Translations under genes and position numbers: made by a program
Notes under the pieces: generated by a model
The model's input: only the letters and a program-made list of their open reading frames with translations
The model's database searches: none
Told to the model about the DNA's origin: nothing
Source of the DNA: Deferribacterales bacterium
GTDB lineage: Bacteria; Chrysiogenota; Deferribacteres; Deferribacterales; Geovibrionaceae
DNA: 64,000 bases
Reading direction: 5' to 3'
Assembly (NCBI GenBank): GCA_050253075.1
Contig: JBFWJS010000007.1
Coordinates: 96,001-160,000, forward strand
Shown here: piece after piece, positions 28,377 to 38,183 of the stretch
Position numbering within the stretch: position 1 is the stretch's first letter
Layout of the letters: the number at the start of each line of letters is the position of its first letter

Positions 28377-29278
28377 TATACCTTCTCCGCTACACGCTCA
28401 CCCAGGATACCCGTCGGACGGAATATAAGGATGATGATAAGTAGAATATAAGTGAAAGCCTCTGCCCACACAGACGATACATAACCCGATATAAGAGCCG
28501 TGAAGAGTCCGAGCAGATATCCGCCCACCATAGACCCGGGGATGTTTCCGATACCGCCGAGGATGGCTGCGATAAATGCGCTGAGACCATAGTTCCAGCC
28601 GAGTGTGAACTCTATGCCTCTGTAATATATACCGATAAAAAGACCGCCCACAGAACCGAGCGCAGCACCGATGATGAAGATGATGATGATAACCATGTTA
28701 ACATTGATGCCCATGAGCTTCGCAGCGTCCTGATTTATGGAGCTGGCTCTGATAGCTGTGCCGTATTTGGTAAAGTTGATAAAGATAGTCAGTGTGATCA
28801 TAAGAACGACTGTGAGTATAAGCATGAATGCCTGAATGAAAGTTATCGTGACACCGAACACTGTCCACGCTGTCTCGGGGAATATCCCTGTCGGGAATGT
28901 GAGAAGATTCGGCCCCCAGTAGAGCATGATACCATTTTGTATCATCATAGATGCACCCAGCGCAGAAACAACTGCTGAAAGTCGGGGAGCATTTCTAAGA
29001 GGACGATATGCCAGACGCTCAAGGATGACGCCTGCTGCGGCAATAATTATTGCTGTAATTAGAAATACCAGTAAAATTACTATAGCCTGCGGCATTCCTG
29101 AACCGACGAACTGTGTGTACAGTACCAGACCTACGTATGCAGAGAGTGCTACCATGTCGCCGTGAGCAAAGTTGATAAGTTTCATAACTCCGTAGACCAT
29201 TGTGTATCCGAGAGCTACGAGTGCGAATATACTTCCAATGGTCAGCCCGTTTACTACTTGCTGTATAAAAATATCCAT
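28376..29278 (-). CDS. livH: LIV-family ABC permease (LivH-like)
   Basis: ALGYTMVYGVMKLINFAHG, AILGGIG, RPTGILG. Confidence 0.93.
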   Translation of the reverse strand: MDIFIQQVVNGLTIGSIFALVALGYTMVYGVMKLINFAHGDMVALSAYVGLVLYTQFVGSGMPQAIVILLVFLITAIIIAAAGVILERLAYRPLRNAPRLSAVVSALGASMMIQNGIMLYWGPNLLTFPTGIFPETAWTVFGVTITFIQAFMLILTVVLMITLTIFINFTKYGTAIRASSINQDAAKLMGINVNMVIIIIFIIGAALGSVGGLFIGIYYRGIEFTLGWNYGLSAFIAAILGGIGNIPGSMVGGYLLGLFTALISGYVSSVWAEAFTYILLIIILIFRPTGILGERVAEKV

Positions 29279-29301
29279 AAAATTTCCTTTGATGCTAATA
29301 A

Positions 29302-29329
29302 TAAACAGGGCTGTAATTAAACAGCCCTG
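29302..29329 (-). terminator. Intercistronic hairpin after the binding-protein gene
   Basis: CAGGGCTGT-N6-ACAGCCCTG then TTTATT on the minus strand. Confidence 0.7.
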
Positions 29330-29342
29330 CTGTGAAAACTTG

Positions 29343-30473
29343 CTATTTAATTACAGGATAGTCTACGCCGTAGGAACCATCTGCCTGTACATCATATACA
29401 TAGAAGATAGAACCAAGACGCTCACCTGCTTCGTTCCACTTGAGAAGACCGGAGAAGCCGTTCAGCTCATTAGTGTGGAGCCAGTCGGAAAGCTTTTTAG
29501 TATCTGTCGTGCCTGTTTTCTCGATAGCTGTGAGGAATGCAAGCATACCGTCAGCATTGAGAAGGGCCCATGTAGAAGGCATTTTTGAACCGTATTCTGC
29601 TTCATATGCAGCGAGGAATTTCTTCGCGCTGTCATAAGCGAGCATGTCAGGTGTAGGAACGTTGATGATCTTAGAACCTGCAGCAGCAGAACCGGCAAGG
29701 TTTGCGAACTCTACGTTGTCGTTAGCATCGCCGCCGATGAAGTCAGCTTCTATACCAAGCTGTCTCTGCTGAGCACGGAGGAGGCCGCCGTCAGAGTAAT
29801 AGCCTGAGAAATAGATAGCATCAGGATTCATAGACTTGATCTTTGTAAGAACAGGTGTGAAGTTCTGGCTTTTTGATTTGATTTTGCTGTAATCGATTAC
29901 GTTACCGCCGACAGCTTTGAGCTCTTTGATAACGGAATCAGCAAGACCTGTAGCATAAGAAGAGAAGTCTGAAACAACAGCTATCTTCTTATATTTTTTA
30001 AAGTTTACCATGTAGTCAGCTGTGAAAACAGCCGCTGCAGAGTTAGGGTTAGAGTTCCTGAAGAATGTCCAGTAGGCATCCTTTACAAGGTCGTCTGATG
30101 TACCGTCAGTTGTCTGAAGAACGCCTGCACGGTAGTAAGTTTTCTGAGCTGCGAGAGCTGCACCGGATGTATAAGAACCGATGACCATTATTACGCCTTT
30201 CTGAACAAGTTCTTTAGCGCAAATGGCAGCTTTCATGGCCTGACCTTCATCGTCACAAGTGAATACTTCGAGCTGCTTGCCGAGAAGTCCGCCTTTTTCG
30301 TTGTACTGCTTAGCGAGGAGTCTAGCGGCATTATCGATACCCTGACCTTCGTTAGCGTACTGTCCTGTGATCGGAGCCTGAACACCGACCTTGATTGTGT
30401 CAGCCGCAAATGCCGTAGCTGCAAAAAGTGCAGATAGCAGTACCGCGAGTGACAGTGTAAAAAGTTTCTTCAT
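29343..30473 (-). CDS. LIV-family periplasmic amino-acid-binding protein
   Basis: Signal peptide ending AFA-AD, APITG..A..G, GGLLGK, DD; start ATG 30473 behind GGAGG. Confidence 0.9.
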   Translation of the reverse strand: MKKLFTLSLAVLLSALFAATAFAADTIKVGVQAPITGQYANEGQGIDNAARLLAKQYNEKGGLLGKQLEVFTCDDEGQAMKAAICAKELVQKGVIMVIGSYTSGAALAAQKTYYRAGVLQTTDGTSDDLVKDAYWTFFRNSNPNSAAAVFTADYMVNFKKYKKIAVVSDFSSYATGLADSVIKELKAVGGNVIDYSKIKSKSQNFTPVLTKIKSMNPDAIYFSGYYSDGGLLRAQQRQLGIEADFIGGDANDNVEFANLAGSAAAGSKIINVPTPDMLAYDSAKKFLAAYEAEYGSKMPSTWALLNADGMLAFLTAIEKTGTTDTKKLSDWLHTNELNGFSGLLKWNEAGERLGSIFYVYDVQADGSYGVDYPVIK

Positions 30474-30584
30474 ACAATCCCTCCAGATTATTTCCGTGTC
30501 TATGTAAAGCACGGATAGACGTATAAAGTCCTTATAGTCAAGTTATACTTTACTATATTATCCATACTTTATCAATTAATTAGC

Positions 30585-32219
30585 TTACTCCGCTTCCTGA
30601 TGAGGATATCCGATTCCTACAGGCGACACAAAGTTCTCTTTAATTGTGCGTGTGTTAACCCATCTGATGAGGTTGAGGTAACTTCCCGCTTTGTCGTTTG
30701 TGCCTGAACCTCTACCGCCGCCGAACGGCTGCTGGCCAACAACTGCACCTGTAGGTTTGTCGTTGATGTAGAAGTTTCCTGCTGAATCTTCAAGCACTTC
30801 GAACGCCTTGTTGATAGCTGCTCTTTCTGTTGCGAATATTGCGCCTGTGAGGGCGTATTCGTTGCCGGAGTTGCATTTTTCAAGGTATTCTTCGTACTTT
30901 TCATCCTCATAGAATGTAACTGTGAGGACAGGTCCGAATATTTCTTCTTTGAATGTTTTAAACTCAAGGTTTTGTGTTGTAATAACTGTCGGCTCGATGA
31001 ACCATCCTTTGGAATCGTCATAGTTACCGCCGATAACGATCTCAGCGTCAGAAGCCGCTTTTGCATAGTCTATGTAGCTTGTGATGTCTTTGAATGCTTT
31101 TTTAGACACAACAGCAGTCATGAAGTTTCTGAAGTCGAAAGGTGAGCCCATTGTGATAGAGCCTGTCACTTCTTTCATCTTTTTCAGGTATTCGTCTTTC
31201 ATAGAAGCAGGGATGTATGCACGGGATGCTGCGGAGCATTTCTGTCCCTGATACTCGAATGCGCCCCTTACGGATGCTGTTACGAGTGCGTCTATGTCTG
31301 CGGAGCTGTGTGCGAAGATGAAGTCTTTACCGCCTGTTTCGCCTACGATACGTGGGTAAGATTTGTATCCCCATATGTTTTTACCGATTGTTTCCCAGAT
31401 AGTTTTGAAGACCTTTGTGCTTCCTGTGAAGTGGATACCGCCGAAGTCTCTGTCTGAGAATGTTACGTCGGATACGTCTTTAGATTTACAAGGGATGAGG
31501 TTGATTACGCCGTCAGGCATGCCTGCTTCCTTGAAGATCTTCATGATGAGGTATGGAACGTAAACAGCATCTGTAGAAGGCTTCCATATACAAACATTAC
31601 CCATCATAGCAGGTGATGTTGGCAGGTTGCCTGAGATAGCTGTGAAGTTGAAAGGTGTAACAGCGAGGATAAATCCCTCGAGAGGGCGGTACTGAAGGCT
31701 GTTCCACACGCCTTTAGAGTTGTGGAGCGGCTGCTCGGCATATATCTGCTGCATGAAGTATACGTTGAATCTAAGGAAGTCGATAAGCTCACAAGCAGAG
31801 TCAATCTCGGCCTGTACGGCTGTTTTACCGATGGAGAGCATTGTGGCTGCGTTCATCTGTGCACGGTATTTTGTGCTGATGAGCTCTGCTGCTTTGAGGA
31901 AGATGGCGGCACGGTGGAACCAAGGCATTTTGCCCCATTCAACACGGGCTTCCATAGCTTTATCTATCGCAAGTTTGATCTCTTTTGGTCCTGCCTGGTG
32001 GTATTTACCAAGTTTGATAGAGTGATCGAAAGGTGCTGTGATCTCGACAGTATCGCCTGTCTTGATCTCTTTTCCGTCGATTACCACAGGTATCTCTATA
32101 TACTGCTCGGAAAGTTCTTTAAGAGCTGCTTTGAGCTCTGCTTTCTCTTTACTGCCTTCGCGGTATTCGAGAACCGGCTCGTTAGTAGGGTATGGTACGT
32201 TGAAAACACTATTGTTCAT
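30585..32219 (-). CDS. pruA: L-glutamate gamma-semialdehyde (P5C) dehydrogenase
   Basis: NEPVL, PFNFTAI, FTGST, GETGGKD, EYQGQKCSA, EEIFGP, GSGTNDKAG. Confidence 0.96.
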   Translation of the reverse strand: MNNSVFNVPYPTNEPVLEYREGSKEKAELKAALKELSEQYIEIPVVIDGKEIKTGDTVEITAPFDHSIKLGKYHQAGPKEIKLAIDKAMEARVEWGKMPWFHRAAIFLKAAELISTKYRAQMNAATMLSIGKTAVQAEIDSACELIDFLRFNVYFMQQIYAEQPLHNSKGVWNSLQYRPLEGFILAVTPFNFTAISGNLPTSPAMMGNVCIWKPSTDAVYVPYLIMKIFKEAGMPDGVINLIPCKSKDVSDVTFSDRDFGGIHFTGSTKVFKTIWETIGKNIWGYKSYPRIVGETGGKDFIFAHSSADIDALVTASVRGAFEYQGQKCSAASRAYIPASMKDEYLKKMKEVTGSITMGSPFDFRNFMTAVVSKKAFKDITSYIDYAKAASDAEIVIGGNYDDSKGWFIEPTVITTQNLEFKTFKEEIFGPVLTVTFYEDEKYEEYLEKCNSGNEYALTGAIFATERAAINKAFEVLEDSAGNFYINDKPTGAVVGQQPFGGGRGSGTNDKAGSYLNLIRWVNTRTIKENFVSPVGIGYPHQEAE

Positions 32220-32259
32220 CTTTTTCTCCCTTTTTTATTAGAGTTGTAGTGTTGTTGTA

Positions 32260-33180
32260 TTATCTGCCGCCGGTGAGGAAGCCTTTAATGGCTGAGCCCA
32301 CGATGGCCGGGTTTTCCTGAAGTCTGCGTATGCTGTATGGAAGCCAGTCTTCGCCGAACGGTGTGTAAATACGAAGAAGATGTCCTTCAGCAAGTGTGTT
32401 TTTACGGAGTTCGGAACGCACGCCGAGGAGCATCTGGAACTCGTATTGTTCTTTAGTAAGATTGTGCTTTTTAATAAGCTCTTTAGCGCCGTTTACGAGC
32501 ACATCGTCGTGTGTGGCGATGCCGACGTAGGCGTTCTTTTCAAAAAGAAGGTCAAGGCCTTCAAGGAAGTTTTCCTGAACCTTTTTACGGTCGTGGTATG
32601 CGATGTCTGCAGGTTCTTTGTAAATACCTTTGCAAAGACGTATATTTGCCTTTTTAGTATTAGCTGTGATATTTCTGAGGTCATCCAGAGTACGCTTCAT
32701 ACATGACTGTATAACTGTACCGCATGAGCCTTCCATGTCGTTTACTAGCTGAAGGTAAAGGTCAATTGTGTAGTCAGTGTACGGGTTGTTTTCCATATCG
32801 ATACGTACAAATATGTTTCTCTCATATGCATACTTAACAAGCTCTGTGATGTTTGCTGTACAGAAATCCATACCTACGAGTGCACCGAGTGCGGTTGGTT
32901 TGATAGAAATGTTGGAACCGAGCTTTTGTGAAGCGATGTTGTCAAGCACCAGCTTGTACATATCAACAGTAGCTCTTGCCTTTTCAGGGTCTTCGTTAAA
33001 TTCTCCGAGCAGGTCGATTGTTGTTACTGCTCCTACCTCGTTATATTCTCTGGTGAGGTTAAAAGCATCTTCCGGGAAAGCTCCTGCCACATAACGTTTT
33101 GCGAAGAATCTTACAAATCCTTTCGGCATAAAGGGCATCATGTTAGCGATCATTGCATTTATCATTGTATCTTGCTCCAA
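32260..33180 (-). CDS. Monofunctional proline dehydrogenase
   Basis: RYVAG, DLLGE, SIKPT, RIDME, RLCKGIY, ATHD, EFQMLLG, YSIRRLQE. Confidence 0.95.
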   Translation of the reverse strand: MEQDTMINAMIANMMPFMPKGFVRFFAKRYVAGAFPEDAFNLTREYNEVGAVTTIDLLGEFNEDPEKARATVDMYKLVLDNIASQKLGSNISIKPTALGALVGMDFCTANITELVKYAYERNIFVRIDMENNPYTDYTIDLYLQLVNDMEGSCGTVIQSCMKRTLDDLRNITANTKKANIRLCKGIYKEPADIAYHDRKKVQENFLEGLDLLFEKNAYVGIATHDDVLVNGAKELIKKHNLTKEQYEFQMLLGVRSELRKNTLAEGHLLRIYTPFGEDWLPYSIRRLQENPAIVGSAIKGFLTGGR

Positions 33181-33183
33181 ATA

Positions 33184-33732
33184 TTAGAATGTCGGCGGCG
33201 TATTGACCCATAAGAGTACTGTTTCGCCGTCAAAAATATTTTTCCATCTGTGGGGAACATTTGAGTTATAGAGGGCACTGTCTCCCTCTTCGAGAGTCAT
33301 CTTATTTCCGTCAACGGTGATCTCGACACATCCTTTCAGTACGTATACGAATTCTTCACCCAGATGTATGTTGTACTCGTCACCGCTGTATGCTCCTTTT
33401 TCAAGGATATGATAAAGGGGCTCGAGGACAGAGTTTGCTCCCCTCGGCTTCAGAGATTCATAAACAACCTTTGATGCCTTTGAGCCTATCTTCATTCTGT
33501 TGTCTTTGCGAACTACAACAGCGTCTTTCGGGGAATCGTCGTCTGAGAAGAATGATGTGATGGTAACGCCGAGTGCATCGGCTATCTTTCGGAGGCTGGC
33601 TACAGTGGGGGATATCATGTCGCGTTCGAGCTGCGACAGGAATGATATACTGCATCCGCTGGTCTTGGCCAGATCCCTAAGGGTCATGTTGTGTTTTAGT
33701 CTTAGCTCTTTAATGCTTTTACCAAACTCCAA
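33184..33732 (-). CDS. XRE-family HTH plus cupin transcriptional regulator (PuuR-like)
   Basis: HTH TLRDLA..SISFLSQLER, cupin H.GEE...PH; GGAGG then TTG start. Confidence 0.9.
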   Translation of the reverse strand: MEFGKSIKELRLKHNMTLRDLAKTSGCSISFLSQLERDMISPTVASLRKIADALGVTITSFFSDDDSPKDAVVVRKDNRMKIGSKASKVVYESLKPRGANSVLEPLYHILEKGAYSGDEYNIHLGEEFVYVLKGCVEITVDGNKMTLEEGDSALYNSNVPHRWKNIFDGETVLLWVNTPPTF

Positions 33733-33755
33733 GATAAACCTCCGTTTGATTCATA

Positions 33756-33789
33756 TTGTTCATTATAGTGAACAAATTAAGCATGTCAA
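33756..33789 (-). promoter_or_regulatory. Consensus sigma70 promoter with an overlapping palindrome
   Basis: TTGACA-N16-TATAAT on minus; TTGTTCA-N6-TGAACAA at 33756-33775 covers the -10. Confidence 0.8.
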
Positions 33790-33991
33790 TTAAAATACAC
33801 ACAGGGGTTTGTGTGTAATGTTTAAGTTATTGTGATATTTATGTAAAATATTTGAGTATATCTTTAGTTACAAAGTATTCGATGTGTTAAAATTGAGTAA
33901 CGGTTAATATGTGTTGTTTCATATAATGTATTTTGTTTCAATAAGATAACAGGATTATGGTGAAATTACAGTTTATCGAACAAGGTGAAAC

Positions 33992-34023
33992 AAAAAAAGC
34001 CGCTATGAACACACAGCGGCTTT
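33992..34023 (-). terminator. Terminator after leuB
   Basis: AAAGCCGCT...AGCGGCTTT with a U run on minus. Confidence 0.8.
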
Positions 34024-34044
34024 CTTATTCTCTCTATTTTGAGA

Positions 34045-35118
34045 TTATATTCTGGCAGAGATAAGGTCACCCATCTCGTCTGTTTTAACGAGTTTCTGGT
34101 CAGATCCTTTGGTGTATATATCGCCTGTTCTGTATCCTTCCTCGAGAATAGATTCGATAGCGTTTTCTATAGCACATGCTGCCTCATCCATTGCGAATGT
34201 GTAGCGGAGCATGAGTGCTGCGGAGAGCACCTGTGCGATAGGGTTTGCTATGTTCTGACCTGCGATGTCGGGAGCTGTTCCGCCGATAGGCTCGTAAAGT
34301 CCGAATTTAGACTCGTTGATAGAAGCGGAAGGGAGCATGCCGAGTGAGCCTGTAAGCATAGCGGCAGCATCGGAAAGGATGTCGCCGAACATGTTTCCTG
34401 TAACGATAACGTCGAACTGGGAAGGGTTTCTAACGAGCTGCATAGCTGCATTGTCTACATACATGTGACCGAGCTCTACGTCGGAGTATTCTTTGTGGAG
34501 CTCTGTGATGGTCTCTCTCCATACTATAGAGTTCATCAGTACGTTTGCCTTATCTACGGATGTAACTTTGTTGTTACGTATCTTAGCGGCCTCAAAAGCT
34601 AGTCTGGAGATACGCTCAACTTCAGGCTTGGAATATATCATTGTATCTTTGCCCACTGTTCTGTCTGCGCTGATCTCTTTCGGCTGGCCGAAGTAGATAC
34701 CGCCTGTCAGTTCACGGAAGAAAACTATGTCGAGCCCGTTAGGGATGTATTCTTCCTTAAGGGAGCTGGCTGATTTCAGCGGGTTGAATATCTTGATAGG
34801 TCTGATATTGCAGAAGAGCTTGAAATGAGCTCTCAGAGGGAGCAGGGCGCCTCTCTCAGGCTGCTGGTCAGGTGGGAGAGTCTCCCATTTTGGTCCGCCC
34901 ACAGAGCCGAAAAGGATAGCATCAGACTCTTCGCAGAGCTTCAGTGTGGCATCAGGCAGGGGTGTGCCGTGATTATCTATAGCGATACCGCCTACGTCGG
35001 CGAATGTGAAATCGAATTTTTTACCATATTTTTCAGATACTTTGTTGAGAACCTTGATGGCCTGAGCCATTACCTCAGGTCCTATCCCGTCACCGGGGAG
35101 AACTGCTACTTTTCCCAT
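34045..35118 (-). CDS. leuB: 3-isopropylmalate dehydrogenase
   Basis: [33 protein letters not shown]. Confidence 0.97.
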   Translation of the reverse strand: MGKVAVLPGDGIGPEVMAQAIKVLNKVSEKYGKKFDFTFADVGGIAIDNHGTPLPDATLKLCEESDAILFGSVGGPKWETLPPDQQPERGALLPLRAHFKLFCNIRPIKIFNPLKSASSLKEEYIPNGLDIVFFRELTGGIYFGQPKEISADRTVGKDTMIYSKPEVERISRLAFEAAKIRNNKVTSVDKANVLMNSIVWRETITELHKEYSDVELGHMYVDNAAMQLVRNPSQFDVIVTGNMFGDILSDAAAMLTGSLGMLPSASINESKFGLYEPIGGTAPDIAGQNIANPIAQVLSAALMLRYTFAMDEAACAIENAIESILEEGYRTGDIYTKGSDQKLVKTDEMGDLISARI

Positions 35119-35215
35119 TTATAATACTCCAAAGATTTAATGTTACAGTCGATGATACTATAACAGTATCGGTGTAAAGTCAAACTTAAGATTGTTCCGC
35201 TAGAGTGAAATTATT

Positions 35216-36301
35216 TTAGAGCGCATGCTCACGTCTGTATATCAGAACGAGAGCGAGCGCCATGAAGATACCCAGCGGGATGAAGTTCGCTGCAAGGGGG
35301 GAGAACAGCCCTGTTTTACCGAGGGATTGGAAGGAAGCCATTGTCATCCAGTATGCAAAGCCCGTGAAGAGGGACTTAGAAGCCACCATGATGTATGAGT
35401 GGTTTCTGTTGAAACCGATGCACAGAGGGAATATCACAAGGATTATCACCGGCACGCTGATGGCGTGTGCGTATGATTTATAAAGCTGAAGGTCGTATTT
35501 CGCCGTGTTAAGGTCCTGTCTTTTCATTATCTCTGATGTTTTACGCATCTCTTTGATAGACAGATATTTTGGGCTGAGTACGGGCAGGTCGGCCAGCTCG
35601 TCGAAGAGACTGCGTTTCTCCCTGATCTCAGCATCGTGCTGTTTCAGCATCGGCACAGGATCCATGGTGTAAACATTCTTATTCTGCTCGATCCACTGTC
35701 CTTCTTCGAATGTTGCCGAGTCGTATGTTATCAGCTCGCCCACCTGAAAGTTGTCATTCAAATGATATTCTTTTACACCTATTATCTGTTTAGCTATCGG
35801 GTCCATAAGGGATATGTTTATGAAAACAGTGTCGGATTCCTTGAGCCATAGGTCTGTCAGCTTTCCTGTAACGGTGAATGCCTTATTACGTATTTTTTCA
35901 TATGAGAACTGCTCACGCTTCAGCATTACTTTCGGATTTATGACGTCAGCGGCATAGTAAAGAACCCCTGCGAGAACAAGCCCGCTGAGGATGAAAGGCG
36001 CCGCCAGATTACGTATCTTCCCCCCGAGGGAGACATACGCCGTCAGCTCGTTATTTTTCAGCAGGGTTACCATGCAGAGCATAGTGGATATGACTATTGT
36101 CATCGGCATAGTGGTATAGAGCAGGTAAGGTATCTTCATAAGGTCAAACACGATGAGAGTGAAGAATGTGATGTTATAGTCGTTCAGCATTTTCGTATGC
36201 TGAAAGGTGTTTGCTATGAGCGAAATGATAGCCACGAAAATCTGAACTATCAGTGTATATTTTATGAATAAACGTAAGATATATTTATTAAATTTTGTCA
36301 T
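35216..36301 (-). CDS. lptG: LPS export permease LptG
   Basis: YjgP/YjgQ architecture (NNELTA, C-terminal LAANFIP); ATG 36301 overlaps the lptF stop. Confidence 0.8.
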   Translation of the reverse strand: MTKFNKYILRLFIKYTLIVQIFVAIISLIANTFQHTKMLNDYNITFFTLIVFDLMKIPYLLYTTMPMTIVISTMLCMVTLLKNNELTAYVSLGGKIRNLAAPFILSGLVLAGVLYYAADVINPKVMLKREQFSYEKIRNKAFTVTGKLTDLWLKESDTVFINISLMDPIAKQIIGVKEYHLNDNFQVGELITYDSATFEEGQWIEQNKNVYTMDPVPMLKQHDAEIREKRSLFDELADLPVLSPKYLSIKEMRKTSEIMKRQDLNTAKYDLQLYKSYAHAISVPVIILVIFPLCIGFNRNHSYIMVASKSLFTGFAYWMTMASFQSLGKTGLFSPLAANFIPLGIFMALALVLIYRREHAL

Positions 36302-37347
36302 CTTGCAGCCCTCGCATAAAAGAATAATGCAATAGCCGCAAACAATATATTCGGCAGCCATGCAGCGAGGAAAGGCTCGGCTCTGCCTGATGATGCGAAG
36401 TTCTCCGATGCGAAGAACAGTATGTTATACACAGCCACAACGGCTATGGTGATAGGTATAGCCAGAGAGCGTCCGCTCCTGTGGAAAAAGATGCCGAGGC
36501 TCATACCGAATATGCTCATTATGAGTGCGGCGAAAGGCATGGATATCCTTTTGGAAAATTCGAATTTATAAAGGGGAGACTTGTCAAAGTTTGCTATCAG
36601 ATCCTTTGTCTCCATTACACGCTCAGAGTTCACAGAAAAGCCGTCTGCGTTTATCAGCGGTGTGTTCAGCTTAAAGCTGTCGAAGTTTATCTTTGAGTGT
36701 TTGCCGTCTTCGCTGATTGTTACTATGCGGCCGTGTTTAAGGTTCATCAGCAGGCCAGCATCACCGGAGGGGAGTATCTCTGCCTCGTTTGCCGTGATGA
36801 TGGAGTTCTGATTTTTATCTATTATCACCATCTTCCTGTAGGATTCGTCTGATTTCTTTTCCAGAGTGTAAAAGACCATGCCTGGGAGCTCGTCATAGAG
36901 CTCTTTTTCCTTCAGGTCTTTGATGGAGACCAGCTTTGCTATTTTAGTAAGGTTGCCTATGGCACTCATACTGCCCGCAGGCATCAGCCAGAAGCTCATG
37001 AGTATGCCGAGGAAAAACGCCGTAAATCCGAATATGAGAGTAGGGTATGTGAAAAACTTTTTCCCCGCTCCCGCTGCTCTCATGGCTATTATCTCGCTGT
37101 CTGCGGAAAGCCTGCCGAAGCCGATCATAACGGCCAGCATGGCGGATGTAGGTATCGTGATAACCAGAAATGAAGGCAGATAGAATATGATGGTCTGTAT
37201 AATGAGCCCTGCAGGTACGTTTCGTGTAAAAAACAGATCGGCAAGGTTTATCAGCTTATCCAAAAGGAGGAGAAGCACAAAGAATATGTTGCCCAGTAAA
37301 AAGAGCGGAAATATCTCCCGCAGGATGTATCTATGAAACAGTTTCAT
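36298..37347 (-). CDS. lptF: LPS export permease LptF
   Basis: RYILRE, RLSADSEIIAMRAAG, AAWLPN; start ATG 37347. Confidence 0.85.
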   Translation of the reverse strand: MKLFHRYILREIFPLFLLGNIFFVLLLLLDKLINLADLFFTRNVPAGLIIQTIIFYLPSFLVITIPTSAMLAVMIGFGRLSADSEIIAMRAAGAGKKFFTYPTLIFGFTAFFLGILMSFWLMPAGSMSAIGNLTKIAKLVSIKDLKEKELYDELPGMVFYTLEKKSDESYRKMVIIDKNQNSIITANEAEILPSGDAGLLMNLKHGRIVTISEDGKHSKINFDSFKLNTPLINADGFSVNSERVMETKDLIANFDKSPLYKFEFSKRISMPFAALIMSIFGMSLGIFFHRSGRSLAIPITIAVVAVYNILFFASENFASSGRAEPFLAAWLPNILFAAIALFFYARAAR

Positions 37348-37633
37348 CAGCGTTATCACTGTGCAGTCTGATAACAGGAGTTTCTTTCTCTAATGTTATC
37401 TCGTCTATCCTTACGATAGAGTTAAGGGGGATGTAAGACCTTTCCACATTTTTAAATTTTGCTTTAAGGTTGCCGTCGTCGGGGGATATGATGATGTCTG
37501 ACTTATCGAGAAAGACTATGTCGGATATCTCCACCAGACCGAGAAATGATGAAGGGTTCAGCATGGATGAATGTATCGTCTGGATCTTCTTATCTTCGTC
37601 TATGAATATTATCTTATACAGCTTTTTCCGCAT
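37331..37633 (-). CDS. DUF1820-like protein
   Basis: YKIIF...GLVEI...IIISP...V.RSYIPLNSIVRIDE. Confidence 0.7.
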   Translation of the reverse strand: MRKKLYKIIFIDEDKKIQTIHSSMLNPSSFLGLVEISDIVFLDKSDIIISPDDGNLKAKFKNVERSYIPLNSIVRIDEITLEKETPVIRLHSDNADETVS

Positions 37634-38025
37634 TAATCCTCATCTCCGCCTTTGTAGTAATATACTTTTACATTACTTCTGGAAGAGAATACATCAAAAA
37701 TAACGTTTATGAAACTGATAAATAAAGCACCGAAGAATGCCGACCAGAAGCCTTCGACACTGATACCGCTGAGGAAATTCGCAGTGAGCTTCAGCAGGAA
37801 TGAGTTCACTATCACGTATCCGATGCCCATGCTGAGTATCTGAAACGGAAGTGTAAGGAAGACCAGTATCGGCCTGAGAAATAGCTGGAAGAATGTGAGC
37901 ACTATCCCCGCCACGAAAAGCGGCAGGAAGCTCTCTACCCGAATGCCTGAAAGTATTAAAGATGCGAGACCTATACCTATGAGGTTTACGCATGCTCTGT
38001 AAAATATAAAGTGTACCGGCTGCAT
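37633..38025 (-). CDS. 4-TM YvlD/DUF360 (phage-holin-4-like) membrane protein
   Basis: RPIL..LTLP..ILSMG, V.GFWSAFFGAL; start ATG 38025. Confidence 0.8.
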   Translation of the reverse strand: MQPVHFIFYRACVNLIGIGLASLILSGIRVESFLPLFVAGIVLTFFQLFLRPILVFLTLPFQILSMGIGYVIVNSFLLKLTANFLSGISVEGFWSAFFGALFISFINVIFDVFSSRSNVKVYYYKGGDED

Positions 38026-38183
38026 GATAGAAATATATACGCTTATCTTTTTGAACACAAGAGTATAAATATTAATAATTTGTTCACATTGAGAAATTTT
38101 ATTTAACATTTTTATAGGCAAACTATCGCAACTTATGTGTATCATTTGATATATGCATCAATATTCATTAATTGAGGTTGCCT

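Noticed and set aside
37633..38025. Holin as evidence of a prophage
   Set aside because: YvlD/DUF360 proteins are common chromosomal membrane proteins; no phage genes nearby.
38115..38132. Sigma54 promoter upstream of the MCP (TAGGCAAACTATCGCA)
   Set aside because: GG to GC spacing is 9 nt, not the required 10.
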